Part shown: piece by piece, positions 27,901 through 37,315 of the stretch | How the letters are laid out: every line of letters begins with the position of its first letter | Numbering within the stretch: the first letter of the stretch is position 1 | Assembly (NCBI GenBank): GCA_964449855.1 | Contig: CAYVGA010000001.1 | Span: 7,348 to 71,347, forward strand | Direction: 5' to 3' | Length of the DNA stretch: 64,000 bases | From: an uncultured Lachnobacterium sp. | GTDB lineage: Bacteria > Bacillota > Clostridia > Lachnospirales > Lachnospiraceae | The notes under the pieces: generated by a model | Database searches by the model: none | Told to the model about the DNA's origin: nothing | Seen by the model: the letters and a program-made list of their open reading frames with translations, nothing else | Translations under genes and position numbers: made by a program

Positions 27901-28293
27901 CTGTACCTTTACGTCCAAAAACACAATATGCAATGGGTCACCGATAAAAATCAAAAACAAAAATAAAATTTCAATGCCTACCCAAACCGATAAAATGGTG
28001 GTTCTTACTCTTTGTGTTCCCAAATTCAAATATGTCGCTATAAACAACATAAAAGAAAAGAAGAACAAGGTATTTGCCAGATATAAAATCTTATTTGCCA
28101 TAAGTGCCGCATCTTCCGAACCAGCCCCCAGCATCAGCAGATAAATACAGTTGACAAACAAACAGCCAATATTCGTCAGCAGCAAACTCATCGATGTTTT
28201 GGTCAGTTGTTTTTTAAATAAAGCGATACAGCCCAAAAGTGGTATCACAATACCTGCCATCTGTATCCATGGTGCAACCAATAACAATCCCAT
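24997..28293 (-). CDS. Hybrid sensor histidine kinase (7TM sensor, PAS, HisKA, HATPase, receiver, Hpt)
   Basis: MSHEIRTPMN H-box, NLMNNAIKFT, GTGLGL, VFMDHMMP and VHALKSTAR (Hpt). Confidence 0.93.
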   Translation of the reverse strand: MGLLLVAPWIQMAGIVIPLLGCIALFKKQLTKTSMSLLLTNIGCLFVNCIYLLMLGAGSEDAALMANKILYLANTLFFFSFMLFIATYLNLGTQRVRTTILSVWVGIEILFLFLIFIGDPLHIVFLDVKVQILERIGFTLVQTIPSVLYMVRNCALCIMLVLGMIISTIRMFKVKAIEERYNLARLAGAQFVIAVALHIRVFFAIPYDIVPIAASLSILAIVLGVIRGNFFYVTDRGRDWVIEHTDNALIIVDNKYGYLDANPAAKQLFPELAELEKSEMVSSDVIKLFYDYSFCVDIKEKHYEKEVETITQNNRSIGYSMLLIDTTEHYTLLAQIEEEKNRVEVEKVRAEKEAARAEAEKVRAEAEAIRAESEKERAETEKVRAEEANKAKSAFMSNMSHEIRTPMNAIVGMTDILLRENLPESTREYLNNIRSSGDALLTIINDILDFSKIEAGKMDIIMDEYEPMSSFHDLSMIFLNRIGEKPVELLYDIDIELPEKLYGDRQRIRQVIINLMNNAIKFTDEGFVKLTVETKPLDAETVEVTYRIEDSGQGIKEEDIGKLFGTYAQVDKEKNHFKEGTGLGLSISKQMVELMGGTIGVTSEYGKGSIFYFTLPQKICSEKKAASVKPQMREEMVVCGTFVHPLLEEQYQKLVEAYGVKTVDIASVWSGEAKASIIFTDNAEMLTVDLCEKMHTCDTKLCVLQNPMQQNLSDKRATLINKPFYSLNFCQVVNGEDIHLAKEEEAFRFIAPDAKLLIVDDHEMNLKVAKGLLEPLRMQIDTAENGKEAINKILKKSYDIVFMDHMMPVMDGVEATSTLRKMEDTHIQNLPIVALSANATTEARELFAANGFSDFVPKPIKLKELCNCIRRWLPKELVVTEGLEMLQVETDSTETPEELVIEGLDVKEGILNSGTKELFLSLLGDFYKLIDQKSTKVEKCLADGMIRDYTIEVHALKSTARMIGAIELSEKFYRLEKLGNAADKKTLEKETPAVLSLYREYKSILEPFAKQKEQEKTSVPLEEIIQTLQELKEAMDSFDLDGADDAMQRLEGFVFPEQLQSRVVELSAFVADVAMEDVMHLADELIDKLSNYADISQP

Positions 28294-28448
28294 CTCTTAA
28301 TCCCCCTACTTCATAATAATTCCATATATCATACTATAAATGAGCAAATATGAAAAATTGCACAAAACTACTTGTTCCTTTGCTATTTTCGTAAAAATCA
28401 AATAAAGTTTTAAAGAAAAAAAGTGTTCTATGACAGATAAATTACGAT

Positions 28449-28675
28449 TGTGTCTATACAGAAAAAATTGTTTTTCAGACACAGGCAAATTGTGTCTATA
28501 CAAAATTTTTGGTATGTAAGACACAAAAAATAAGAAAAATCAGCAGAAAATTAAAAAAATCAGAGATTTTTTCTAAAAAAGGGCTGATTTTGTGTCTTGG
28601 AGAGGAATTTTTTTGCATAGACACAAATTTTAAGAAATTTTGTGTCTCAAAATAAATTTTTTTTGCATAGACACA
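28449..28675. repeat. Array of four TGTGTCT-N21-AGACACA inverted-repeat units
   Basis: Units at 28449-28483, 28491-28525, 28591-28625 and 28641-28675; spacer is exactly 21 nt in all four. Confidence 0.9.
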
Positions 28676-28749
28676 AAATGACACTTTTACGATAGAAAAT
28701 TGTGCAATATTTTGAATTTGCTCAATTATAGTATCATAGTTACTATATA

Positions 28750-31215
28750 TCATTTATTTTTAGCAGATCTTTGTTTACGAATTGTTAAACGCCAGACTTT
28801 TCGATAGCAGTTATAACAATGCCGCATATCTTCTTTTGATATCACTTCTTTTGAATAATGCATTTTCTTTACGATATCCATATAGCGTTTCCAGTCTTCC
28901 TTTTCCACACAATCGTAATATTCGATTAGTTTTTCTTCCATACGCACATCCGTCCAATATCCTTTTTGCAGATTTGACTCTGGATTTTTTAAATCTTTTA
29001 AACGAACCATATGATATATACGCTGATTCATATGCTTCACCGCACGTCTGGTAAGATTTTTTTTCATTTCTATCTGCAATATATTCTCATAGTACGAGAA
29101 CCATCTTCGTACTCCCCAGTAACTGCCAATAATCAGTATCAAAATGCCGGCTACACGGAATATAGCATTTACGAACTCTTTTCGATGAAAGCTCGACTCA
29201 TCTTTATTCGTATTCCCTGTATGTGTCTCTCCGTTCTTATCCTCCTCTGTAACCAAGGAGTTCTCTTCTTCCTGTTCTAAGTCTGAATTCTCTATATCCT
29301 CTTCGTTTCCATTACCCATAATATCCGTATGATTGATATCGCTTTCTTCTGACTCCTGCCCCGATTCTATATCCGTTTGCGTTTCCTCTGTCAGCTCTTC
29401 CTTTAACTGCTCAAAGGCATCTTTACGTTCTTCAGACTGCTCTTCATAATCATCCGTATTCCCTTTGGTTGGAATCGTATCCACTACAGTATACCCGGGT
29501 GTCATTTCATATGGTATCCATCCGACATTTTCCAGATAAATTTCCACCCATGCATGTGCTGCATAATCCGTTACTTTTGCGAAAAATTTCTGTTCAGATG
29601 CCTCAAAATCCGATGGAACTACAACATATCCCGATACATATCGAGCCGGCACTCCCAATTCTCGCAATAACATGGTTCCTGCACTGGCAAAATGCATACA
29701 ATATCCTTCGTGTCCCTGTGTTACAGCATACTCCACTGGATCTGCTCCTTGTGGCAAGGTATCCAAAATCAAGCTATATGACATTTGTTCGGATAAGTAC
29801 TTTTTCACGCCTTTCGCATAAGCTAATCTCTGCGAATTTACCCCTTCCCCAGTGTATGTCCTTGTAATCTGTTCTACCGCTTCCGCAAAGAAGGAGAAAC
29901 TCTCCTGATTCTCACAATAAGCAGCAGACAATGTATTCAACACTTCCGTCTCCGCACTAGAAGCTGCATTTTCACCCAATGCAATCAAGGCTTCCATCTC
30001 TTCTATACTCTGCAGCGTATTTACAGAAAGCATATCCTTTCCCACCGCTTTTTTCAACAAATAATCACTCTTTAAAACTACGTCCCCATTTAAAGAATCC
30101 CATTTCGAAAAATATGGTACATAGGCAACATCACCAGAACTTCCCACATAACGAATCACATATTCCTGTTCCATGAGACCAATCTCATATTCACTATAAT
30201 ATACCTTTAATGCCTCAAAGGGCATATCAAATAAATGCTCCGCCAATTCTTTCTGCGAATACGAATTGGTTCGACATATCTTTTTAAACGCACGATCATC
30301 CGTACTCCAAATACCGTTTTTATAAGTAGTACCATGAAAACCTTTCAAATATATGGATGAAAGCGGATACTCTTCTGCCTCTATCTCCAATAATACTTCT
30401 CCCTGATAGCTAGGCGTTTGATTTCCCAATGGTTCCATCGGAAAATGATAATCCAACGAAAGTATATCCTTAACATCCATTTCCAAAAATGTATCCTGCC
30501 AATACAATACTTCTTGTTTCTTTTCCTCACTTGTCAAATATTCGATGGAATTCGAAAAAGAAAGCTTAGAAAACCATATACAGCCAACCAAAGTACATAG
30601 TATGATTATTTTCTTCTTTATATCAGTTCCGCCAAGATGCAGCAAACACATCGCACCCAAAAAGATACATACAATTGCGTCTCCCCTTGGTGATAACCCC
30701 ACAATCATCTCTAATACAAGAAATAGCACTGGAAAGAAGCTTAACAACACTTTGTTTCTCAAAACATAAGAAACATTCCATAATAACCACCATAGTAACA
30801 CCTCTATCAGACGAAATGTTAATGGTGCATATCTAATATCTCCACCTGCCACAAATATTGCAGCACCATAATAATCATTCCAGTACTCGAGATAACTCTG
30901 CAACATTCCTACAGCACCTGTATACAACGCTTCTGCATGAACATATGTATAAACAATTGGTATTGCCATCCCCGCAAAAAAACATAGTAAACTCCACTTT
31001 TTCAAATAGGTCTTTGGCCAATCAGAACCCATCCACAAAAGTAACAGCCACAAAACTACTTCTGCACTCCCAATTCCAGTCTCTACAAAACTTGGAAATC
31101 GTTCTTGTATCATGGAGTATACGGCATACCATAAAAAGCCTATTCCACACCATAGGCTAATCGTATCAAAAATATGCTCTTTTTTATAAAAGAATTTCCA
31201 ATTTCTCACACGCAT
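28750..31215 (-). CDS. Membrane transglutaminase-like (TgpA-type) protein
   Basis: N-terminal TMs; GYCMHFASA, GVPARYVSGY, AHAWVEIY and EMTPG motifs; C-terminal TM. Confidence 0.88.
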   Translation of the reverse strand: MRVRNWKFFYKKEHIFDTISLWCGIGFLWYAVYSMIQERFPSFVETGIGSAEVVLWLLLLWMGSDWPKTYLKKWSLLCFFAGMAIPIVYTYVHAEALYTGAVGMLQSYLEYWNDYYGAAIFVAGGDIRYAPLTFRLIEVLLWWLLWNVSYVLRNKVLLSFFPVLFLVLEMIVGLSPRGDAIVCIFLGAMCLLHLGGTDIKKKIIILCTLVGCIWFSKLSFSNSIEYLTSEEKKQEVLYWQDTFLEMDVKDILSLDYHFPMEPLGNQTPSYQGEVLLEIEAEEYPLSSIYLKGFHGTTYKNGIWSTDDRAFKKICRTNSYSQKELAEHLFDMPFEALKVYYSEYEIGLMEQEYVIRYVGSSGDVAYVPYFSKWDSLNGDVVLKSDYLLKKAVGKDMLSVNTLQSIEEMEALIALGENAASSAETEVLNTLSAAYCENQESFSFFAEAVEQITRTYTGEGVNSQRLAYAKGVKKYLSEQMSYSLILDTLPQGADPVEYAVTQGHEGYCMHFASAGTMLLRELGVPARYVSGYVVVPSDFEASEQKFFAKVTDYAAHAWVEIYLENVGWIPYEMTPGYTVVDTIPTKGNTDDYEEQSEERKDAFEQLKEELTEETQTDIESGQESEESDINHTDIMGNGNEEDIENSDLEQEEENSLVTEEDKNGETHTGNTNKDESSFHRKEFVNAIFRVAGILILIIGSYWGVRRWFSYYENILQIEMKKNLTRRAVKHMNQRIYHMVRLKDLKNPESNLQKGYWTDVRMEEKLIEYYDCVEKEDWKRYMDIVKKMHYSKEVISKEDMRHCYNCYRKVWRLTIRKQRSAKNK

Positions 31216-32272
31216 CTTGTATTTTCATTCCATCTAAGTGACAAATATGTTCTCCATCTTTGTAAAGATCCAATGTTTCATGAAAGCTCAAATCATGGAG
31301 ATACCACTCATTTCTATATTTTCGTTTATATTCTTCCCGAAGCACCTTTTCTGTTACTGCCGAATCTCTCAAATAGATATCCCAGAACATATAAAAAGAT
31401 TCCTCATCATCAACTCGAATTCTTCGAATATCTTCAACATCTTTACTGTACCACACCACATAATGCGGACACTTCTGATCCATTAAAGTAAAGGATATAC
31501 TTGCAATTACTTCCAAATAAGCACTCACATCTTTTTTCTTCATCCCTGTTTTTCGATTCAAAAACAAAACAATGCCGCAAGCTTTGGGCAGGCTATATTC
31601 TTTTACTACCAAATCATCCATCTTTGCACTCAGCTTCCAATGTATATTCTGCATCTTATCCTTTGGGCGATATGCACGGATTTCAAACGTTTCTCCTGTA
31701 TCATTTCCCGGACGAAATTCATCGTAGACATCTGCATCTCCCATAAAATTTCTCGTTGCCTCCGAAATCCGCAATGGTACAAAATGAATTTCCGGCAAAA
31801 TCAATACCGAAGCAAAATCTCTACATCTCTTCTTTATATATCCAAATCCAAGCAAACTGTGAATTCTTATTTTCTGTATTTCCACCTCATGGCATCCGGC
31901 ACCAGAAAACGAAAGCTGTATTTCCTGCGACTGTTCTCCAATTGCTACATCCTGCAGCTGTATCCATTGGCTTTTTCCACCTGCCTGAAACGAATTTGAT
32001 ATCCGTAGCTTTACCCAAACATTTCCTGCTGGTAAAAATCCTGTATTTCGGATTCGTATCCTTACATTCACCGGCATGCCCTGCTCCACCATAGTGATTG
32101 GAATATCCACAAACCCCCGTATCGTAAAAAAACGACACACCAGCTCTATAACAGAAACTACACACAATAGGATGCACGTATAACCTAATAGCACCATTTG
32201 TGGATTCGTATATAAAATTCCAAAATAGAAACAACAAAGTATAATAAGTAGAACTATCCCAATACTAATCAC
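31184..32272 (-). CDS. DUF58 family protein
   Basis: EIRAYRPKD..NIHWKLSAK...LVVKEY; lies between MoxR and transglutaminase genes. Confidence 0.88.
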   Translation of the reverse strand: MISIGIVLLIILCCFYFGILYTNPQMVLLGYTCILLCVVSVIELVCRFFTIRGFVDIPITMVEQGMPVNVRIRIRNTGFLPAGNVWVKLRISNSFQAGGKSQWIQLQDVAIGEQSQEIQLSFSGAGCHEVEIQKIRIHSLLGFGYIKKRCRDFASVLILPEIHFVPLRISEATRNFMGDADVYDEFRPGNDTGETFEIRAYRPKDKMQNIHWKLSAKMDDLVVKEYSLPKACGIVLFLNRKTGMKKKDVSAYLEVIASISFTLMDQKCPHYVVWYSKDVEDIRRIRVDDEESFYMFWDIYLRDSAVTEKVLREEYKRKYRNEWYLHDLSFHETLDLYKDGEHICHLDGMKIQDACEKLEILL

Positions 32273-33230
32273 GATACATTCTCTCTTTCATATAATTCGC
32301 TGGCTGAACCACTTCTGATAAAATACGATCCAACACCGCCTCTTCCGTCACATGTGTAACTCTTGCTTTTGTATTGAGCACTATGCGATGTTTTCCAATA
32401 TCTTTAAAAATTTGATAGATATCATCCGGAATAACGTAATTTCTTCCATCCAAAAATGCCATTGCCTTCGCCATACGTACACAGGCTAGTGTACCTCTTG
32501 GACTTATACCCAATTCAATATATGGATTTTCACGTGTCCTCTGTACCAGTTTACAAATATATGTATAAATGTGGTCATGTATATATACATTTTCTACCAC
32601 GTTCTGTATCTGCATGAGTGCACTTGTATTTAGAATTCCCCTTACTTTTTCGATATCCCCTTTGACACTTTTTCCTTTTGCAATTTCAATTTCACTTTTT
32701 AAATCCGGATACCCCATACTCATCGAAATCATAAAACGGTCCAGCTGGGATTCCGGCAAAAGCTGTGTACCCGCACTTCCTTTGGGATTCTGCGTTGCGA
32801 CAACAACAAATGGAGTCGGTACTTTATGCCCTACACCATCAATCGTAACCATGCCTTCTTCCATAACTTCCAACAAAGCCGACTGCGTTTTGGGAGATGT
32901 ACGATTAATCTCATCTGCCAAAAACAAGTTGCACATAATGGGACCTTCCCGATATTCAAATCTACCTGTATCTTTCCGGTACATGGAAAAGCCCAGAATA
33001 TCCGCCGGCATAACATCCGGAGTAAACTGTACCCTCTGATTATGTAGTCCCATAGCATTGGAAAACGCCACCGCCAACGTCGTTTTTCCTACACCCGGAA
33101 CATCCTCAATCAAAATATGTCCCCCCGCCAAAATAGCAGCAAGAGCCTTTTTGATACAATCTTCTTTTCCTGTCACCACTTTTTTCACTTCATCTATTAC
33201 TAAATTTGCACATTCATATGCTGTTACCAT
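32265..33230 (-). CDS. MoxR family AAA+ ATPase
   Basis: EDVPGVGKT, QFTPD, LADEINRTSPKTQSALLE and ATQNP motifs. Confidence 0.95.
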   Translation of the reverse strand: MVTAYECANLVIDEVKKVVTGKEDCIKKALAAILAGGHILIEDVPGVGKTTLAVAFSNAMGLHNQRVQFTPDVMPADILGFSMYRKDTGRFEYREGPIMCNLFLADEINRTSPKTQSALLEVMEEGMVTIDGVGHKVPTPFVVVATQNPKGSAGTQLLPESQLDRFMISMSMGYPDLKSEIEIAKGKSVKGDIEKVRGILNTSALMQIQNVVENVYIHDHIYTYICKLVQRTRENPYIELGISPRGTLACVRMAKAMAFLDGRNYVIPDDIYQIFKDIGKHRIVLNTKARVTHVTEEAVLDRILSEVVQPANYMKERMYRD

Positions 33231-33267
33231 CTTAATCCCTCAATTCATTCAAACATCCTAAACCAGC

Positions 33268-34200
33268 TTATATTCCTCCGGTTTCCTGCAAAAATGCATA
33301 CACCGCTTCTTCATATCCTTCGGTATCCACACAATGGCTCATCCCATGCGCAGCTCCCTTTATCAGCTTCAAGCGTACATTATCTTTTCCCGCCGCCTGA
33401 CAATCAATACTCATATAGCATGGTACAAAATCATCTGCATCTCCATGCAGAATCAAAATTGGAATCCGGCTGTTGCGCACAGATGTAAGTGCCGAAGCTT
33501 CCTCTATATCAAATTTTCCAATCCATTTTGCACTCAGTTTTGCCATCTGATACGTCCACTTTACCGGAAATCCCATCTGCTTAATTACGGAACACAAAAT
33601 CGCTTTTGGGGAAGAATACGGACAATCTGCCAGAATTCCAATGACATTTTCCGGAAGTCCGATATCCGCTGCCATCAACACGGTCGCCCCGCCCATGGAC
33701 AATCCACTCAAATATATTTTCTGTTCTTTTCCAAAACGTTTCACTGCGTAATCTACCCATGATTTGCAATCATAACGCCCTTTTATGCCAAAAGTAATCG
33801 TCGTTCCTTCACTCTTTCCGTGGGCACGCTGATCTACCAGAAGTACATTAAATCCCAACTTTCTTGTATACAGGAAAATTCCATTTCCATCTCTTAATCC
33901 ACTACACCGGTATCCATGAAAAAAAATAACAAGAGGCGCACCATCCGTCAGATGATAATAACGCCCTGCCAGCTTCAAACCATCAAACGAAGTGACTGAC
34001 ACCTCTTCAAAAGGCACTTCCAGTACCTGCTTTACGCACCTTGTTATTGTTTCATGATAAGGGTCATACGGTTCCCCATGCGGCAATGAATTTTCATCTC
34101 CCATATACCGCTTATTTGCGGAAAAAATCACATCATATAACACATACAGAAAAACCACAAACAGCACAATTGCTGCCAATAAAAACCAAATTACAAACAT
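33268..34200 (-). CDS. Membrane-anchored alpha/beta hydrolase
   Basis: FFHGY, RAHGKSEG, GLSMGG and HGDADDFVP motifs; ATG 34200 with GAGG RBS. Confidence 0.88.
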   Translation of the reverse strand: MFVIWFLLAAIVLFVVFLYVLYDVIFSANKRYMGDENSLPHGEPYDPYHETITRCVKQVLEVPFEEVSVTSFDGLKLAGRYYHLTDGAPLVIFFHGYRCSGLRDGNGIFLYTRKLGFNVLLVDQRAHGKSEGTTITFGIKGRYDCKSWVDYAVKRFGKEQKIYLSGLSMGGATVLMAADIGLPENVIGILADCPYSSPKAILCSVIKQMGFPVKWTYQMAKLSAKWIGKFDIEEASALTSVRNSRIPILILHGDADDFVPCYMSIDCQAAGKDNVRLKLIKGAAHGMSHCVDTEGYEEAVYAFLQETGGI

Positions 34201-34377
34201 TGTTACCTCAAATCCAAACAATCTTTTTTATACCGGATACATATTCACACAATTTCATATGCCTCGCTCATAACTGCAAATATTTAAACCTGCCGTGAAT
34301 AACTATCCGACCTCTTACTATCTTCTGCAGAATCATACAAAGTTATACACATATTTTATATAACATTCCATCCTCGA

Positions 34378-35304
34378 CTATTTCGCTGTGCCCATTTGTG
34401 TCTGCTCATCCGCATATACCCTGGCAATAAAATCTTTCATCATCCGGAAATATCGTTCCGTATCATCCACAATACATGATGCATGGTCTACGCCTTCAAA
34501 CAAATGCAGTTCCTTATACCCCTTGTTTACTTCATACATTTTCTCGCTATGCCAGTGTGCCGTAAAATGATCCGATGTTCCATGTACAAAACAAATCGGA
34601 ATCTCGTTTTCTTTCAGGCGGTCAATCGGACGCACCTCCTGAAACCAATATCCAAACAAAAGTCTTGCATACGGTGATGCCCAATCCGCCATACTTCCCG
34701 GAAGATGAAATCCACTTTGCACTTTCCACCGAAGCACCGGCAAAATCTCACTATATCCACAATCGTTTACAATGAAATCTACCTTTGGCTTATATTCCAA
34801 TGCCATCACCTGAAGTCCTGCTCCCATGGATTCTCCATGCAGACCGATGTGAATATCCTGTCCATATCTTTCATAGGTATCCTCTATTACTGTCATCAAA
34901 TCCCTGGATTCCCGAATTCCAAAGGTTATCGTCGCACGCTGATTCACACCATGTCCACGATTATCGTAAAGCACACAGTTATAACCCAATTTCCGCCAAA
35001 GCACAGCATACTTGTACACACCATAACGTGTACTCGTATAACCATGCGACAAAATCACATAATGCTTATTTTTAGGATCTCCCTGCACCAGACCAACCCA
35101 AAGTTTCTCAGCATCAAACGTAGTTACCTGATGTTCATTTTCTATTGCCAGACTCTCACCTTTCATACATTCTAATTTATCCAAATAGTCCAGTTCATAC
35201 TCCAATGTATGTACGTTTGGACGCACTGCAAAATGAGCCATGCAAATGAAAATTACCGACATTATTATAAATAACAGTATGAATATTCCTATAAAAACGT
35301 ACAT
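34378..35304 (-). CDS. Membrane-anchored alpha/beta hydrolase
   Basis: LSHGY, GESMGA and HGTSD motifs; N-terminal TM. Confidence 0.88.
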   Translation of the reverse strand: MYVFIGIFILLFIIMSVIFICMAHFAVRPNVHTLEYELDYLDKLECMKGESLAIENEHQVTTFDAEKLWVGLVQGDPKNKHYVILSHGYTSTRYGVYKYAVLWRKLGYNCVLYDNRGHGVNQRATITFGIRESRDLMTVIEDTYERYGQDIHIGLHGESMGAGLQVMALEYKPKVDFIVNDCGYSEILPVLRWKVQSGFHLPGSMADWASPYARLLFGYWFQEVRPIDRLKENEIPICFVHGTSDHFTAHWHSEKMYEVNKGYKELHLFEGVDHASCIVDDTERYFRMMKDFIARVYADEQTQMGTAK

Positions 35305-35555
35305 ATTCTGCCCCTTAATCCCTCATTTTGATACAAATGCCCTATTATTGTATTATACTCCGAAATTTCCATCACATCAACGTATAATAATTAATTTCGT
35401 GTATGACTTGTAACAGTCATGACTTTTGGATTCCGCATGACAACTATTTTACTGAATGATATGTCAACCTGCGTGAACAGTTTCGATTGTGTCTATGGAA
35501 AATTTTCACATCATAAGATACATGTCTGCCAGACCTTTTTCCGGGTCATGGCAGC

Positions 35556-35599
35556 AAAAAACACATGGATACAGGTAAGTTTGCATCCATGTGTTTTGT
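35556..35599 (-). terminator. Intrinsic terminator after the MFS gene
   Basis: AAAACACATGGAT...ATCCATGTGTTTT. Confidence 0.75.
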
Positions 35600-35610
35600 T
35601 CAATCGTAAT

Positions 35611-37161
35611 TTATTTGATATCTTCTACTGTTTTAATCTTCTGCATAGCCTGTTCTAAGCTCATACCTTTTGCTACTAATTCTTTACGGGCATTGTTGAT
35701 TGCCTGAATTTCTTTCATACGTGGTCCGGATAATTCATAGCCTTTCATTGCCCAAAGTGTAAGTGCCCATGCCGCCATAGGAACGATACAGAATAATACG
35801 ATTACTACCCAGTTCATGCCTTCGGAATAAGGTGTTTCTGCTACTGGTAAGTTTTCAAGTCCAATAATGCTGACAGCAACACCTACTACTGTTGCAGATA
35901 AAGAAGATACTAATTTATCTACCAATGAGAACAATGTACCCATAATACCCGGGATATATTTACCGGAACGATAAGTTTCGTAGTCTGCACAGTCTGCAAC
36001 CATTGGAATTGGCATATCTGCTGTTGAGTAGTAAGCACCATAACCAAGACCAAAGAAAAGAATAAATACAATCGTGTAAAGGTTCAGTGAAAGACCATCC
36101 TGTCCCATGATGCTTAAGTTTCGTGCAGGATTGCCTGGTTCCCACATAATAAGAAGTACAAGTACTACTACATAACATGCCAGAGCAACACCAACATATC
36201 TCTGAAGAGATGCTTTCTGTCCTTTCTTCTGTGATGTATTTACAGTTAATGCAAAGAATGGAGCAGAGAATACATATCCAAGCACCATCATTGGAAGATA
36301 TAATCCGTCGTAGTTCCCCATCATACAGCCGTATAACATACAAAGAACTGTCATGTTTGTTGCGATAGATAACGCTAATTTACAGGTACCACCGGCAACC
36401 ATAAGTCTCTGCATAGGTTTGTTTGCTTTAATAATTGCAACGTATTCAGAAACTTTAACTGCCTCCTGCGTACCGCCAATACCAAAGTATTTTGAATTAT
36501 CTTTTTCCCAGATACCGATAACCGCAAGAATCGTAAGGAAAATAGAAATTACAATACCGATTGGTGCAAAAAATCTGTAAAAGTCCGGTGTATTGTAGTC
36601 GCCAATGCTGGAACGAAGAATTGGTGCCAATACCTGCATAAGACCCATACCAGCCATAGAACCGATTGTGTTAAAGATTGTAAACAATGGTCTCTGTTTT
36701 GGATCGTTTGTAAGTACGCTCTGTGCGGAACGTGTTACGGATGTCTGGAATGTATAACCAATTACCCAGATCATATATAATACGACAAACGCTGCATAGC
36801 GGAGCCACATCATGTCTTCTGAAATCATAGGAGTAATACAGTAGAGCATGAATGCAGAGAATGCCATGATAATGTTACCAAGAACCATGAATGGACGGAA
36901 CTTACCAAACTTGCCATCAGTACGGTCCATCATCGCACCGATGATAGGGTCTGTAACTGCGTCAAATACACGCATAACAGTAATCATTGTTGTTGCAAAC
37001 ATCATTGCAATTGCCAGTACAGTGTTACCAAAGGTAGCAATATATGACAAAATCAGTACGAAGTACACATTTGTTGCACCATTATTCATCGGGAACAATG
37101 CCAACTGGTACATTTTGGCGCGGTTTACGCCATCGTTAGGTGTTACATTTTCTTTACCCAT
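35611..37161 (-). CDS. GPH (glycoside-pentoside-hexuronide) family MFS sugar symporter
   Basis: RVFDAVTDPIIGAMMDRTDGKFGKFRP motif; about 12 TM segments; ATG 37161. Confidence 0.9.
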   Translation of the reverse strand: MGKENVTPNDGVNRAKMYQLALFPMNNGATNVYFVLILSYIATFGNTVLAIAMMFATTMITVMRVFDAVTDPIIGAMMDRTDGKFGKFRPFMVLGNIIMAFSAFMLYCITPMISEDMMWLRYAAFVVLYMIWVIGYTFQTSVTRSAQSVLTNDPKQRPLFTIFNTIGSMAGMGLMQVLAPILRSSIGDYNTPDFYRFFAPIGIVISIFLTILAVIGIWEKDNSKYFGIGGTQEAVKVSEYVAIIKANKPMQRLMVAGGTCKLALSIATNMTVLCMLYGCMMGNYDGLYLPMMVLGYVFSAPFFALTVNTSQKKGQKASLQRYVGVALACYVVVLVLLIMWEPGNPARNLSIMGQDGLSLNLYTIVFILFFGLGYGAYYSTADMPIPMVADCADYETYRSGKYIPGIMGTLFSLVDKLVSSLSATVVGVAVSIIGLENLPVAETPYSEGMNWVVIVLFCIVPMAAWALTLWAMKGYELSGPRMKEIQAINNARKELVAKGMSLEQAMQKIKTVEDIK

Positions 37162-37204
37162 TTTTCTTATTCCTTTCTTCTTACTACTCCGCAATGTTCA
37201 GCTC

Positions 37205-37276
37205 GAATTCGGCTGCTTTGCAGCCTTTTCCACAGCTTCGCTGCTACAATTCTCGCCAGATGGCTCGTCGCCATCT
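37205..37276. other. GC-rich multi-hairpin intergenic element
   Basis: GGCTGC-TTT-GCAGCC, CAGC-TTC-GCTG and AGATGGC...GCCATCT hairpins. Confidence 0.55.
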
Positions 37277-37315
37277 TAATCCATGCATAACATTGCTCAT
37301 AAGTTTTACTACATT

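Noticed and set aside
28449..28675. CRISPR array interpretation of the TGTGTCT/AGACACA repeats
   Set aside because: Conserved parts are 7-bp inverted arms rather than 25-40-bp direct repeats, periods are irregular (42, 100, 50), and no cas genes are present
28306..28753. ORFs 28306..28524 and 28496..28753
   Set aside because: Low-complexity translations of the repeat array with no RBS or recognisable motif
28750..33230. MoxR-DUF58-transglutaminase as a novel system
   Set aside because: A widespread, already described gene triad
34246..34305. Possible longer MITE sharing an AACCTGC(C)GTGAA end with ~35467-35480
   Set aside because: Similarity too short to define boundaries by eye
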